Source: a virus. From it: a stretch of DNA of 64,000 nucleotides. Position 1 is the first letter of the stretch. Every line of letters begins with the position of its first letter. The stretch is taken from positions 3,131-67,130 of IMG/VR virus record IMGVR_UViG_3300021364_000017, one strand, 5' to 3'. Under the pieces are notes generated by a model. The model was not told the origin of the DNA, did not search any database, and saw only the letters and a list, made by a program, of their open reading frames with translations. Shown here one piece after another: positions 28,294 to 39,500 of this stretch. Made by a program: the position numbers and the translations under genes.

Positions 28294-30636
28294 TCAGACG
28301 AAAGTACCACCATCAACAATGATATTTGAAAGGAATCTCTCGGTTCCAGTACATTCGATTACTGGTGAAGTACCCGCACAATCGGTAATAAACAGTGATC
28401 TGGCTTCAATGTCAGCAAAATGATTAATAGTTTCAATAGAATCAAAAACACTAGAACCAATAGTAACCTGACCAACAGTGACATCAGTTGCAAAGCCAAT
28501 TCTGAAATCACCACCTTGCTTAACTTTTGCAACAACTGCTGCTACTTTTGCATTATCTGAACTTACGCCTACACTATTGTAATACAGTGCAAGACCACTA
28601 TTGTAAGTAGTTACAAAGGAAGGAGGTTGAGTTGTGTTATCTGGATTTCTCTCAAGACCAAGTTCAATGATAGGAGAAGTAACTTTTAAGTCTTCAACAT
28701 CAATACTAGTGAGAGTTCCATTAACCGTTAAATCGCCGGTGACCGTAAGAGCACCACCAACTGTTGCATTATTGGCTATATTGATAGAGTCGCCACTAAA
28801 TGTGTTGGCAGTTATAATACCAGATGCATTAACGCTGTCACTACTCAATCTATCAATATAACCGTCACCCCAATTATGTGTAGGTGAACCAATATTTTTT
28901 GAACCATCCGTCGTGGATGGGACTAAGTTTGAATCTACTTTTGCAAGGATATTGACAGTATCGGAAACAGCATCACCAATAGTAGTGATACCTTGGAATA
29001 TCACGCCATTAGATGCGGTCAGCTGACCATTAATCAGAAAATCAGCACTAGAAGTAACTCTTCCCGTTGAATCATCGATAGTGAGAGCTGCAGTTCCATC
29101 TGATGCTCTTATTGCTCCAGTATCGACAGTTGGAACGTTAAGTTCAGTTGTAATATTGACTGTATCAGGAAGACCAATAGTTAATGTATTGGTACTTGCA
29201 GCAGTTTCTATCTCAAATGCAGTTCCTTCAATGTTTAATGTATTGCCAGTTGTTACAATACCGGACCCTGTGTCTCCATCAAGTGCAAAGGTGGCAGCTA
29301 CACCAATAATGCCATTTTCAAGATCTTGAAGTGCGGTCTTGATAGTTGCGTTATCACTGATAGTAGTACCAGTGAATGTTCCTAGATCTACAGCATCTCT
29401 TGCAACACCAGTCAGAGTAATCAGGTTATCTCCAGCCTCGCCATCATCAAGAATATCTCTACCATCAACATTTCCAGTAACAGTAATATCTCCAGTAACA
29501 CCAAGAATATTATCACCTGGATTATATGTTATACCTGCATCTGTTTTTACTTCCTCATGTGCAGCAACACTATTATCACTATCAACAAAGGTTAGGAATC
29601 TTACAGCTGCTGTAGAATCTGTTGCAGTATTAACTTTGGTTGCATCTGTTGCTGTCGTCGCAGTACCAGTAACATCACCAGTAACATTACCAGTAACATT
29701 ACCTGTCAAATCTCCAGTAACATTACCAGTAACATTACCTGTCAAATTACCAGTAACATCGCCAGTAACACCACCTTCTAAATTTCCCGAGAAGGTTGTT
29801 GTGGTCAGAATACCGGTACTAGGATTATAAATCAGACCACCGTCAGTTTCTAACCCTTGTCCGCCACTTGCACCATCTGAAAATACAAGGAAAACAGATT
29901 CGTTTTGATTTCCATTATCATTTAAATCTACAGTCGTAGCGGTACTTGCAGTACCTGTCAAATCTCCAGTTACATTACCAGTTACATTACCTGTCAAATT
30001 ACCAGTAACATTACCAGTAACATCTCCCGTTAAATCACCAACAAAAGATGTTGCAGTTACAACACCAGATGAAATATTAATACCACCATTATTAATGGTA
30101 ACAGCAGAACCTACTACTACTTCAGTAAATGAAGCAGTATCACCACCTCCACCAATAATATAAGTCTTTAATCTTGATGCTGCGGTTTTTCTATTTGTCC
30201 CAGTGCCACCATCGTCAATAATGAAGAGGTCATCATCCGCAATATCAGCACCAATATCAGTCCCACCATCAATATCAATTACGTTTAAATTAACATCTCC
30301 AAAACTTAAAACACCACTTGCATCTGTCTGGAGAACTTGATTTGCAGTACCATCAGTACCTGGCAATGTAAATGAAATATCTGCAGCGAGAGAATCGGGT
30401 GATTGAAGTTCTACAAAGTTATTACCATTGTTGGTACCTTCAAATAACTTAACTCCACCACCCTCAGTAGTTGATTCGAGATTGAAAAACTGATCACCAC
30501 CAATTAGTCTATTAGTACCACCAGGACTACCAACATAAAGTTGGTAGGTATCAGTAGTAAATCCGGGTTCACCAACGGCCAAAGTTGGGAGATTAGCAAG
30601 CGCGCCTCTTTTAAACTTTAAGGTGGGAGATGCCAT
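28294..30636 (-). CDS. Fibre protein with Mtd_N-like N-terminus and GNVT/GDLT tetrapeptide repeats
   Basis: 780 aa; starts TLKFKRGALANLPTLAVGEPGFTTDTYQLYVG; 12 bp repeats at about 29665-29775 and 29950-30040; ends IVDGGTFV. Confidence 0.8.
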   Translation of the reverse strand: MASPTLKFKRGALANLPTLAVGEPGFTTDTYQLYVGSPGGTNRLIGGDQFFNLESTTEGGGVKLFEGTNNGNNFVELQSPDSLAADISFTLPGTDGTANQVLQTDASGVLSFGDVNLNVIDIDGGTDIGADIADDDLFIIDDGGTGTNRKTAASRLKTYIIGGGGDTASFTEVVVGSAVTINNGGINISSGVVTATSFVGDLTGDVTGNVTGNLTGNVTGNVTGDLTGTASTATTVDLNDNGNQNESVFLVFSDGASGGQGLETDGGLIYNPSTGILTTTTFSGNLEGGVTGDVTGNLTGNVTGNVTGDLTGNVTGNVTGDVTGTATTATDATKVNTATDSTAAVRFLTFVDSDNSVAAHEEVKTDAGITYNPGDNILGVTGDITVTGNVDGRDILDDGEAGDNLITLTGVARDAVDLGTFTGTTISDNATIKTALQDLENGIIGVAATFALDGDTGSGIVTTGNTLNIEGTAFEIETAASTNTLTIGLPDTVNITTELNVPTVDTGAIRASDGTAALTIDDSTGRVTSSADFLINGQLTASNGVIFQGITTIGDAVSDTVNILAKVDSNLVPSTTDGSKNIGSPTHNWGDGYIDRLSSDSVNASGIITANTFSGDSINIANNATVGGALTVTGDLTVNGTLTSIDVEDLKVTSPIIELGLERNPDNTTQPPSFVTTYNSGLALYYNSVGVSSDNAKVAAVVAKVKQGGDFRIGFATDVTVGQVTIGSSVFDSIETINHFADIEARSLFITDCAGTSPVIECTGTERFLSNIIVDGGTFV

Positions 30637-30691
30637 TTTTTTCTCTTTTTTTATTTCCTTATATAGTTATTTAGAAATAGTAGTATGTATA

Positions 30692-31753
30692 CTAGAAAGA
30701 ACCAAGGTCTGTAGTATTATCAATAGTTCCATCAGAAAGATCCATGATTTGTAGTGGTGACTCATAGATCCATGTCTCATTTGCAGCATCGAATGATAGA
30801 AGATCATGTTGTTCAGGAGTATCGGTTGTTACCGCAAAACCAGCAACAGTTGTAGAAGATACCTCTGAGAAATCTTTAAATATAAATTTTGATCTTTCAG
30901 AGTCGTATGTTAATATTGAATTATCTGCAAGGTTTGAAATATCAACATCCGACAAGTCTCCTAAGTATCCTGCACCACCTCCTCCTATTGTTGAAGTATA
31001 CTTTACACTTTCATAGACCATCTTACGAAGTTGATCAATCTCACGTCTTAAAACATTGACTTCGTTATCATTTTCATCATCAAGATTTTCTGATGGGTGA
31101 ATTTTATCTAAGATTTCAATACTCTTACGTATATTTGAAGAGTTGTCAACCTCCACATCAACATCAGCTCTTATCTTCCTTAAGGTTTCTAATTCCTCAA
31201 TACTTTCATCTATACCTTCAATTTCAGCAACTGGTTCAGATGGTTTGAGTGGTTCTGGTTTGATAACATCTTCAGTTTCAATTTCAATTGGTTTATAATC
31301 ATCTCTCCAATTTGTGGTATCAACTTCTTCTTTTTGTTGTTTTACCCATTCATCAGGTATAATACCATGTTTATCTTTAAAATCGTGATGTAATTTTGTT
31401 GGAGTAATATTATATTCTGCAGAAATACCCCTCATAAGTCTGTCAATTGACTTGTAAGAAGTATTCTTTAAATTTAATAGTTCTGTCTCAAGAACTTTAA
31501 TAGCTTCTTTTGCTTTCTTTTCAACTTCTGGAGTTTCAGAGAATAAGAAAGATTCAAATATTTTTGCATCCTTCTTTATTTTTTCTAATTCTTTCTCTTT
31601 CCTAAGTTTTTCCTCTTTTATTTTTTTCTTCTCTTCACTTAAACTTTCAAAAAGACTCCCAAGAGATACGTCTCCAATAATCTCCTTATTCTTTTCAGTT
31701 TTTTTCTTTTTCTCTTCTCCTATGAGAGAAAAGAAATTTCCTAAATCGCTCAT
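30692..31753 (-). CDS. Acidic coiled-coil virion-associated protein (likely start MSDLGNFF at 31753)
   Basis: The track ORF's first 44 codons overlap the upstream gene, whereas ATG 31753 directly follows its stop. Contains a GGGGAG..L.DL.DVD motif; ends DLGSF. Confidence 0.75.
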   Translation of the reverse strand: MSDLGNFFSLIGEEKKKKTEKNKEIIGDVSLGSLFESLSEEKKKIKEEKLRKEKELEKIKKDAKIFESFLFSETPEVEKKAKEAIKVLETELLNLKNTSYKSIDRLMRGISAEYNITPTKLHHDFKDKHGIIPDEWVKQQKEEVDTTNWRDDYKPIEIETEDVIKPEPLKPSEPVAEIEGIDESIEELETLRKIRADVDVEVDNSSNIRKSIEILDKIHPSENLDDENDNEVNVLRREIDQLRKMVYESVKYTSTIGGGGAGYLGDLSDVDISNLADNSILTYDSERSKFIFKDFSEVSSTTVAGFAVTTDTPEQHDLLSFDAANETWIYESPLQIMDLSDGTIDNTTDLGSF

Positions 31754-31754
31754 T

Positions 31755-32210
31755 TTAGAAGGTTCCATAGTCTTGACTGTCGTCATCCACTCCATCAGAA
31801 AGATCCACAACCTCGAATGGAGAATCGAATACCCATTTTTGTGATCCAGAATCAAAGGTGATAACTGAATTATCTGCGGGTTCACCTGGCATTATGTCAT
31901 ATCCACCAATATTTGTAGTGGCAGCACCAATATTATGAGTACTAATGAATTGACCTTGTATACTATCAAATACAAGGTAAGTACCATTAACTATTGTGTT
32001 TATATCAGTGGCTGCTATTTGAGCAAGAGGACCTAAATCAGTCACGTCTAATACTATCTCGGTTGCAGGTTTTGATTTAATAATATTTATTGATGGTGAG
32101 ACACTTATTACCTTACTCACAGTTGAAAAACTTTTTACGTTTTCCAAAGGAGCGGATGAAGCCTTTACGACTTTCTTTCCAGATGAACTAGACCTTTTTA
32201 CAATAGGCAT
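31755..32210 (-). CDS. Structural protein, paralogous at the C-terminus to the downstream gene (likely start MPIVKR at 32210)
   Basis: C-terminus KWVFDSPFEVVDLSDGVDDDSQDYGTF resembles TWIYESPLQIMDLSDGTIDNTTDLGSF of the next gene. Confidence 0.7.
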   Translation of the reverse strand: MPIVKRSSSSGKKVVKASSAPLENVKSFSTVSKVISVSPSINIIKSKPATEIVLDVTDLGPLAQIAATDINTIVNGTYLVFDSIQGQFISTHNIGAATTNIGGYDIMPGEPADNSVITFDSGSQKWVFDSPFEVVDLSDGVDDDSQDYGTF

Positions 32211-32214
32211 TAGA

Positions 32215-32550
32215 TTACGTGGAAATTCCTGCGGTAACCATAGCAGAACCCTCAACTAGTCTAGACACTCCACCAGTAGGAGATGTCAATACAATATCAT
32301 AAAAATATCTTCCAGGTTTAATACTCACAGTCACTGCTGCTGACATTGCAATAGAAACTTCAGATGTTTCAGAATTAATTCCAACATTAAAACTGAAAGA
32401 TTTTGGTGAACCTGGATATTTTTTGATCTTTGATACACCAGTGTAATCAGTTATATCTGATAGTGATCCATCAGATTCAGTGGAAGTAAATACCTCACCA
32501 AAATCAACACCTTGAGGGATAACTATATTAATTGAAGGAGTTGCAGCCAT
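32215..32550 (-). CDS. Small virion structural/adaptor protein (BppU-N-like)
   Basis: 111 aa; NIVIPQGVDF...KPGRYFYDIVLT...RLVEGSAMVTAGI, a pattern typical of the cyanophage gene after g16; late promoter at 32569-32576. Confidence 0.65.
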   Translation of the reverse strand: MAATPSINIVIPQGVDFGEVFTSTESDGSLSDITDYTGVSKIKKYPGSPKSFSFNVGINSETSEVSIAMSAAVTVSIKPGRYFYDIVLTSPTGGVSRLVEGSAMVTAGIST

Positions 32551-32563
32551 CTCTCACGTCTTT

Positions 32564-32989
32564 TTAAGTATTTATATCTTTACTTACATTCTTTAACATC
32601 TTTTGAAGATCTGCCGTAGAACCAACAAATAGTGCATTGTTGACAGTAGTAGGTCCTTTTGATTCTTCTTCCTTATTCACATCCTTCAGTTTTTTCTGAA
32701 GGTCCATCAGTTTATCTGTTGCATCAGAGACATTTTTTATCAATTGACCAGCAACTTCATATGCTCTAGGCATCTCACTCTCTTGTGCAAGTTCAAGAAT
32801 ACCATTTATAGCCTCTTGACCTTTTTCAATAATTGAATAAAGATTACCTCTCGTGTATTCATAATCTTTACGAATATCTTCCTGAGAGTTTTCATATTTC
32901 TCTATTCTTTTTTCTATCTCGTTCTTTTCTTTTTTTACCTCAATTGGTTCTACGTCAAAAGTTTCGTTAAGCTTCTCATACTTGTCCAT
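32564..32989 (-). CDS. g16: Terminase small subunit gp16
   Basis: DYEYTRGNLYSIIEKGQEAINGILELAQESEMPRAYEVAGQLIK...NNALFVGSTADLQKML. Confidence 0.92.
   Translation of the reverse strand: MDKYEKLNETFDVEPIEVKKEKNEIEKRIEKYENSQEDIRKDYEYTRGNLYSIIEKGQEAINGILELAQESEMPRAYEVAGQLIKNVSDATDKLMDLQKKLKDVNKEEESKGPTTVNNALFVGSTADLQKMLKNVSKDINT
32569..32576 (-). promoter_or_regulatory. Late promoter TATAAATA within the last codons of g16
   Basis: tatttata on the + strand; would drive the island genes. Confidence 0.7.
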
Positions 32990-32998
32990 AAACTAACC

Positions 32999-33997
32999 TC
33001 AGAATACATTACCATCAAAACCAAAGTCGTCTCCGATCTCAATTAGTTTATTGTCCTCATTATTGATATTGTAAACTTTAGAACCAAGAACATGATTTTG
33101 AAGAGGTGTATTATCTTGTGCTCTTCTGACAACCAATTTATTTCCAGTGACTGTTTCTACAAACATTTCTTCTTGACCAATATAAATGTATGTTCCTTCA
33201 GTAATAGATGATGAATCATCAACATCTATTACATTCTCAACCATATCAACATTTTCAGAAAGAAGTGTTACAACAACACCATCATAATCCTTGATTGCTC
33301 TAGGAGTAACTTGGTAAGTCACATCTCTCTCATACTTACCGGATTTGGAACCAGCAATATAACCAATAGTGGTCTTCTTAATGATATCTCCAGATACATC
33401 CTTGAGTGGACCAAATACGTATGTCTTCGCAGTGAATGTGAAGGTATAAATCAGTGCTCTTCTTGTATCAAAATTACCTTCATATTCATCTGACATATCG
33501 ATATTATCTAATACGACAGGTATGTTAATTACTTCTTTGAAATTTCCAAGAAACTTGATGGGAAGTGTGTAACCTGGTTGGAAATATGGAACAATTTGTT
33601 CTACAATCTGCAACATATCATCATTCAGTTTGGTGTAAACTGACAATGTGATAGTCATATTGTATGGTACAGGAAGATAAGTCTTTCTCTCTTCTGACCC
33701 ATCTTCAGACTTAATAACCATCTGTTGTGTTTGAGTTGATTTCCTAGAGGAATCATATGTCAGATTGGTAAACTCAAATGACATTCTAGGAAGAGTCAAC
33801 TGAACAGGAGCATTCAGATCAGGACTCTGTTTCAGTCTTGCAAGAAACTTTTGGGTAGGTCCATACGCTAGAGGAACCTTGATAACACTTACAGTATCAT
33901 CACTATCATCTTTGTGTTTAATTTGGATCCCATTAAAAAGTGAACCAAATCCAATGATAACAGATCTGAAAATCTCGTTGTAAAAATACTCAAACAT
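32999..33997 (-). CDS. g15: Tail sheath stabiliser/terminator gp15
   Basis: MFEYFYNEIFRSVIIGFGSLFN...VPLAYGPTQKFLARL...LPRMSFE...PVPYN...QIVEQIVPYFQP. Confidence 0.92.
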   Translation of the reverse strand: MFEYFYNEIFRSVIIGFGSLFNGIQIKHKDDSDDTVSVIKVPLAYGPTQKFLARLKQSPDLNAPVQLTLPRMSFEFTNLTYDSSRKSTQTQQMVIKSEDGSEERKTYLPVPYNMTITLSVYTKLNDDMLQIVEQIVPYFQPGYTLPIKFLGNFKEVINIPVVLDNIDMSDEYEGNFDTRRALIYTFTFTAKTYVFGPLKDVSGDIIKKTTIGYIAGSKSGKYERDVTYQVTPRAIKDYDGVVVTLLSENVDMVENVIDVDDSSSITEGTYIYIGQEEMFVETVTGNKLVVRRAQDNTPLQNHVLGSKVYNINNEDNKLIEIGDDFGFDGNVF

Positions 33998-34021
33998 TAT
34001 CTTAAGGTTATATACTTATAT

Positions 34022-35428
34022 TTAGGGCATACCGAAAGGATTTGAGGAAGAGAAGTCTATAATTGAATCTCCCTCAGTTTCAATATTGTCATTATCTGCG
34101 AAAGGTGTCACTAAATCGTCGGTATTGACACCACCAATCACATATTTTGCACCAGAATCAGATCCTGTCAAATATTCACCATTAACAAAGGTACCTGAAA
34201 TAATTCCGACTTCCATAACATCCGTAACACCATTCCAATCCTTTACTCTTGCTGTAGTACCCGAAGAAGAGCCTGTGACAACTTCATTGTAAATAAAGGT
34301 TCCACCAATAGAAACATTATTTGTACCTGCTGACACTGGGTTTTCGATTGTTACAATAGGACTTGAGCCATATCCTGATCCCCCTTCCAAAATGTAAATA
34401 CCAGTTACAATACCAGAGGAACTTATGGTCGATATCGCAACAGCATTTTGAGTTGGTGCTGGTAATTCAGAATCAGTTATTGTAACTGAAGGTGCATTAA
34501 CATATCCAGATCCTCCACTAGTGACTTCTATACTTTGAATAGAACCATTTGTAGATATACCAGTAGTTGCTGCAAACCCAGAACCTCCACCACCTTGTAC
34601 TGTAATCATTGGTGCTTCAGTGTATCCACAACCAGTATTTGTAAGAAGAATTGATGCAATTACACCAGACTTTCCTTTACAACCAGGATATTCATAAGAA
34701 AGTGATGCAATTCCCACTGCAGTCACTCCTCCCGATGGTGCGGATGAAAAACCTACAACAGGTTTAGAACTGAAGTTCTTACCCATATTGCTGATAAAAA
34801 TTTTATTGACAGCACCAGAAGAACAAACTGTTGCAGTTGCTGTTGCGGATGTTCCTGCACCAATCAAATTAAGAGTTTGAATATATCCAATATCTTCAAC
34901 TTCATTATCAATATCACTGACACTCGTATCAATAACTTCATCTTCATATCTGAAGAGTTCACATCTCAACTCATAAACATAGGTTTTCTTGAGTTGATAA
35001 AATGGTTGCTCATGTTCTACAAATTTAATTTCGAACAATCTATCACCTAAGGGAAAATAAATTAAATCTCCCTCTTTTGGTCTCGTACTTAATTCAATAT
35101 TAGGAATATCTTTAATTAGTGGTGTTATATAATTCTCATATCTTTCTTTTGAAATGATCAATTGAAGATCATCTTTATTTTCAATACCAAATTTAGATAA
35201 TAATGTACCTTGTCCTGTATATCCCTCGTAGTTATCAAGATAAGCCTCAATAGGATATGCATTATTGAATTCTGATTGAATTACTTCCTTAATAACTGTA
35301 TTAGAAGTAACATATTGTCTAGGAAGATAATAAACTTCAACTCCATACATCATCAATTGTTCGTTGATAAGACTTTGGATGAGATTTTGCTCACCAGATG
35401 AACCGTTTAAAAAGAATGGATTTAACAT
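34022..35428 (-). CDS. g14: Neck protein gp14
   Basis: LNPFFLNG..GEQNLIQSLINEQL.MYGVEVYYLPR...RPKEGDLIYFP...FVEHEQPFYQL; ends NPFGMP. Confidence 0.92.
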   Translation of the reverse strand: MLNPFFLNGSSGEQNLIQSLINEQLMMYGVEVYYLPRQYVTSNTVIKEVIQSEFNNAYPIEAYLDNYEGYTGQGTLLSKFGIENKDDLQLIISKERYENYITPLIKDIPNIELSTRPKEGDLIYFPLGDRLFEIKFVEHEQPFYQLKKTYVYELRCELFRYEDEVIDTSVSDIDNEVEDIGYIQTLNLIGAGTSATATATVCSSGAVNKIFISNMGKNFSSKPVVGFSSAPSGGVTAVGIASLSYEYPGCKGKSGVIASILLTNTGCGYTEAPMITVQGGGGSGFAATTGISTNGSIQSIEVTSGGSGYVNAPSVTITDSELPAPTQNAVAISTISSSGIVTGIYILEGGSGYGSSPIVTIENPVSAGTNNVSIGGTFIYNEVVTGSSSGTTARVKDWNGVTDVMEVGIISGTFVNGEYLTGSDSGAKYVIGGVNTDDLVTPFADNDNIETEGDSIIDFSSSNPFGMP

Positions 35429-35434
35429 AAGTTA

Positions 35435-36307
35435 TCACCCGATAAGATCTAGTGGTGGTATCTCGTATGTACTTAACATTCTTTCCTGTATTTTATCAAG
35501 TTCTGTTTGTGCATCATCGTAAAGTTGTCTTCCATTAAACTCGATACCACCCGGAAGCTTAACTCCTTGAAACTTAATAAGGTTTTGGCCCCACTGTCTC
35601 TTGATGAGAGCAGTCAAGTATGGTTTTAAGAAAGAATCATTATATACTCTGGGATAATCATTAGGATCATTCATTGCCCAACAGTCAATGATTATAAATT
35701 CTCCTGCCTTAATATCGTGCCAATCAACATCAATATACAACCTATCCGTTCTCTGATTAAATCTTATTTGTTTGTGTGTATTCAACAAATAATTAACAGT
35801 TTCCAAATAAGACATTGTCATTGTATATGACAATAAATCAAATCCACTTGCTCCCCATCCATTTAGACCAATAAAATCATTTAACATGTATTGGTATCTT
35901 ACATTGAACATACCTTGACCATATCCGCTATCAAATTGATAGATTCTATTTACACCAATAATTGATGGAGGAATTTGAATATAATTACTATTTTGATAAT
36001 AAGTAAATGTCGTTGCAGTTCCTACAATATTTGTAGAAGCAGATATAGATGAGATACCTGTAGTACCACTTTCTCTTTGAGGTGCACCAGGAGGTCTTGC
36101 TCTTCCTCTATTAATATCGTCTTCGGTTAATTGATACTTGAGATAAACTTGAGTTACCCCATCAAAATGTCTCTCTTGAAAAAACTGAATGGCATCATCA
36201 GTTAGGTCTTCAAGTTGTTCATCAGCAACGTTGATCTCCAAAACAGGAGCACCTAACTGCCTTAAACAATAATCAATCAGTTCTTGTCTAGTACTAGGCT
36301 GTGCCAT
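35435..36307 (-). CDS. g13: Neck protein gp13
   Basis: PSTRQELIDYCLRQLGAPVLEINV...ERHFDG...KRQWGQNLIKFQGVKLPGGIEFNG. Confidence 0.93.
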   Translation of the reverse strand: MAQPSTRQELIDYCLRQLGAPVLEINVADEQLEDLTDDAIQFFQERHFDGVTQVYLKYQLTEDDINRGRARPPGAPQRESGTTGISSISASTNIVGTATTFTYYQNSNYIQIPPSIIGVNRIYQFDSGYGQGMFNVRYQYMLNDFIGLNGWGASGFDLLSYTMTMSYLETVNYLLNTHKQIRFNQRTDRLYIDVDWHDIKAGEFIIIDCWAMNDPNDYPRVYNDSFLKPYLTALIKRQWGQNLIKFQGVKLPGGIEFNGRQLYDDAQTELDKIQERMLSTYEIPPLDLIG

Positions 36308-36331
36308 CTATAATTAGACCTATCTATATTG

Positions 36332-36565
36332 TTATTTATTTAATAAATCCGTGATAGAATTAAGCATAGACTTAATTTCATTCATATCAGTTTTTAAATC
36401 CGTAACTTCGGATTGAAGTTTTTCGAACTTTTTCTTTTCTTTATTCAGATTTTCCCTATTTTTTATATAGGTTTGAAATTCAAGATTATTTTTGTTTAAT
36501 ATTGCACCAGAATGAGTATCTCTAAAATACCCATCTTTTCCTTCAACTGGTAAATGATTTTTCAT
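36332..36565 (-). CDS. Small conserved coiled-coil protein upstream of g13
   Basis: 77 aa; VEG...RDTHSGAILN followed by a coiled coil; start coupled to the stop of the VrlC-like gene. Confidence 0.75.
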   Translation of the reverse strand: MKNHLPVEGKDGYFRDTHSGAILNKNNLEFQTYIKNRENLNKEKKKFEKLQSEVTDLKTDMNEIKSMLNSITDLLNK

Positions 36566-39500
36566 TATGCGAATGACAGAACTCTGAGGTTTCTTATTTG
36601 AGGTGCATTAGATTGATCAGTTGACGTTCCAATAATCTTAACTCTAAATGACTTAAACGCAACTACATCATCAATAGTGAATTTATACTCTCTAAACTGA
36701 TCTGAAGTAGGTTCAGGCACATATGAATCTACAGTTGGAACTCTCTTATCTGAATTACCATCATTTTGTGATATATCAATGATTGAACCATTGGTATCAA
36801 TATTATTAAATCCTGGGAATGGGGTAAATATTACCTCTTCTACAGGCACATCTTGATTTAATGCATAGAATACTCTAATATCATTAAAATTAGATGCATA
36901 TCCGTCAAGAAGAACTTCTAATGATGTTGCTGGATTTTCAAGAGTAACATTCTTTGAAACATAAATGAATCTATTTGGATCTTCTTCAGTATTGTTCACT
37001 CTAAAGTCGGAGATATAATCTGTTATAGGTCTATTAACTCTATTCATTGTGAAGACAACAGATGCATTATCAAGATCAATTACCGGACTTATTCGTGAAT
37101 TGTTTGATAACAATGTGAAATTCAATGCGAATGATTTTTTACCAGGTAATATATCACCGTTTAATAAAAGTTTCTCATTTTCTCGTGATGCAATCATCCT
37201 CAAACCATCGAAGTAATTCTTATCATAAAGTGTAGTTTGTTGGAATCCTTTATCTAAGTAAGATTCTTGATTTCCTGATACACTAGATGCGGAGATAGTT
37301 CTTGATTGAGATAAAATGTTAGTACCAAGAGGTGTAATTGTTGTGACTTTAGGAGTAATTAAATTAAATGGTAAATTATATGTTCCTTTAACCGATGGAC
37401 CACCCCCAACTTTATTTTCGTTGAAATATAAAGGAACAAATCCCTCAGAGTTACTAGAAGATCTATTTGAACCATTGGTATTTGTTTGAATTTTAATATA
37501 ATAATAGTCTAAACCAATGGGTTGTTCATTAAGTTCACTTGAGTTTACATTAGAAAGTTCGTGAGTTGTATTAATTCTTCTTAATGAAACCCCGTTCAAT
37601 TCGTATTTAAAGATACTTTCTCCTTTCTCATGGTTTTGTACCACAGTGTTATCAATACCTCTAGTTACACCTACTAATGCACTTCCATCAACGCCAGTGT
37701 ATTCTATAATCTCGTCACCAATTTTTACGTAACCGGGATTAGTACCAGCAACACCAATATTTTCAAATGTATTGAAGTGAGTTGGAATATTGTTAGTTAC
37801 TATAAATGTTGTGGAATCAAAGTTATAATCCTGAGATAATGTAGTTTTTGCAGTGTCACTTTTCACATCACTGATGGTCACCGTATTTACATTTGAATAT
37901 AAACCATGATTTCTTTGGAATACTCTTATATAATTTCCTTGTTCGGTTACGTTTATTGATAAAGGAACAACACCACCACCAACTGAAGAATTTAATTCAG
38001 TTGTAATTCCTGAATTATTATCATAATAGAGTGGGAAAGATGAATTAGTAGTAAAGTCTCCCTGAACATTGTCAATAACAAGTGTATTACTACCAAGAAT
38101 TGCTTGTACTGAAAGTTGAATTCCAGAACCAAGATTTAAATCACCTACAGTGATTGGTGACAAAACATCACCTATAACATATCCATTTCCGCCATTATTG
38201 ATAGTAGCACCTGTAACACTACCATTCTGAATTGTCAAATCTGCTGTTGCGTTTAAACCTTTACCAGTAATTGAGGTAAGTGCAACACCAGTATATGTAA
38301 AACTACCAGAAGATGGCGTATATCCGATTCCAGAGTTTGTGATAGAAAGATCTGATGTGATTGATCCTGCAAATGCAACAAGAGTTCCCTCACCCACTCC
38401 GTTCAATTGTTTAACTGTATTTCCAATAACAAGTTCAGAATCAGAAACAGTAACACCAAGACCAATTCTGATTTTCTTTGAATTAATTTTTAACCCATTA
38501 GGATCAATTAATGAGAGATCTGATGGTAAATCTGGATTAAAGAATGTAACTGATCCTTGAGACTTAAATATTGCTGCATAAAGTGTGAACTTAAGATCTT
38601 CAAATTGAGAAGGTGTCCATACAGAAGCATTTTGTGATTTAAACAATGATCCAAGGAGTGGTTGTTCTGTAACAAGAATTTGACCAGACTCTTGACCAAG
38701 TGTAGAAACATCTGCTTCCCCAAGTCTACTTATCCATACTCTATACTCGGTTGACTTGGAAAGAAGAACTAATGCGTATTCTCTTCCTGGATTCAAATAA
38801 ACAGGTGCTTCAAGATTGATAGTTGTTGGAACTGTTCCATCCGAACTAATATTGACATTATCTGGATTTACACTGACAGCAGAGAATGGTAAAACTCTTT
38901 GCGTTGGAGTTCCAAGATTAGTTTCTCTAATTTCAAACAAAACAGGAACATTTGCATCCTTTGATTGGAAGAATACATCGACCTTGGTGATGAATACGCC
39001 TGTAGGATCGTCAACTATAAATGTTTGTGCAAGAGGGTCAATTCTTCCTCTTCCATTTCCTGGTAGTCGAGTTGGTATAGGTGCAGGTGGGACTAATACA
39101 CTCTGACTTGTAGATGTTGTATCTGTGTTAGTATCTGTAGATACAATAGTCGTACTTGCCGATGAGTTATCACTCAAAGATCTAGATTGACTTACATCAA
39201 ATTGTCTTACAGTTGCATTCCTCACAGACAATGTACTCTCTTGAGTTGTATCTAAATCTCCCTGTGAGTAAAAAATTGATTCACCTGCTGTAGATACGAT
39301 ACCTTCTACTAAACTATTAGTGCTACTGCTTGTAAGTCTGAAATTAGTTCTACCAGTTTCAAATGTGGGATTTGCAGGATTAGATGGACTAGGAACAAAA
39401 TAAGAACATTGAAGAGTTCCTACTCTATCTGAAATCAATCTAACATTGGTAACCTTAGCTTCAGCACCACTAGTGGCACCTGTCAAAATCATAGAAGTTG

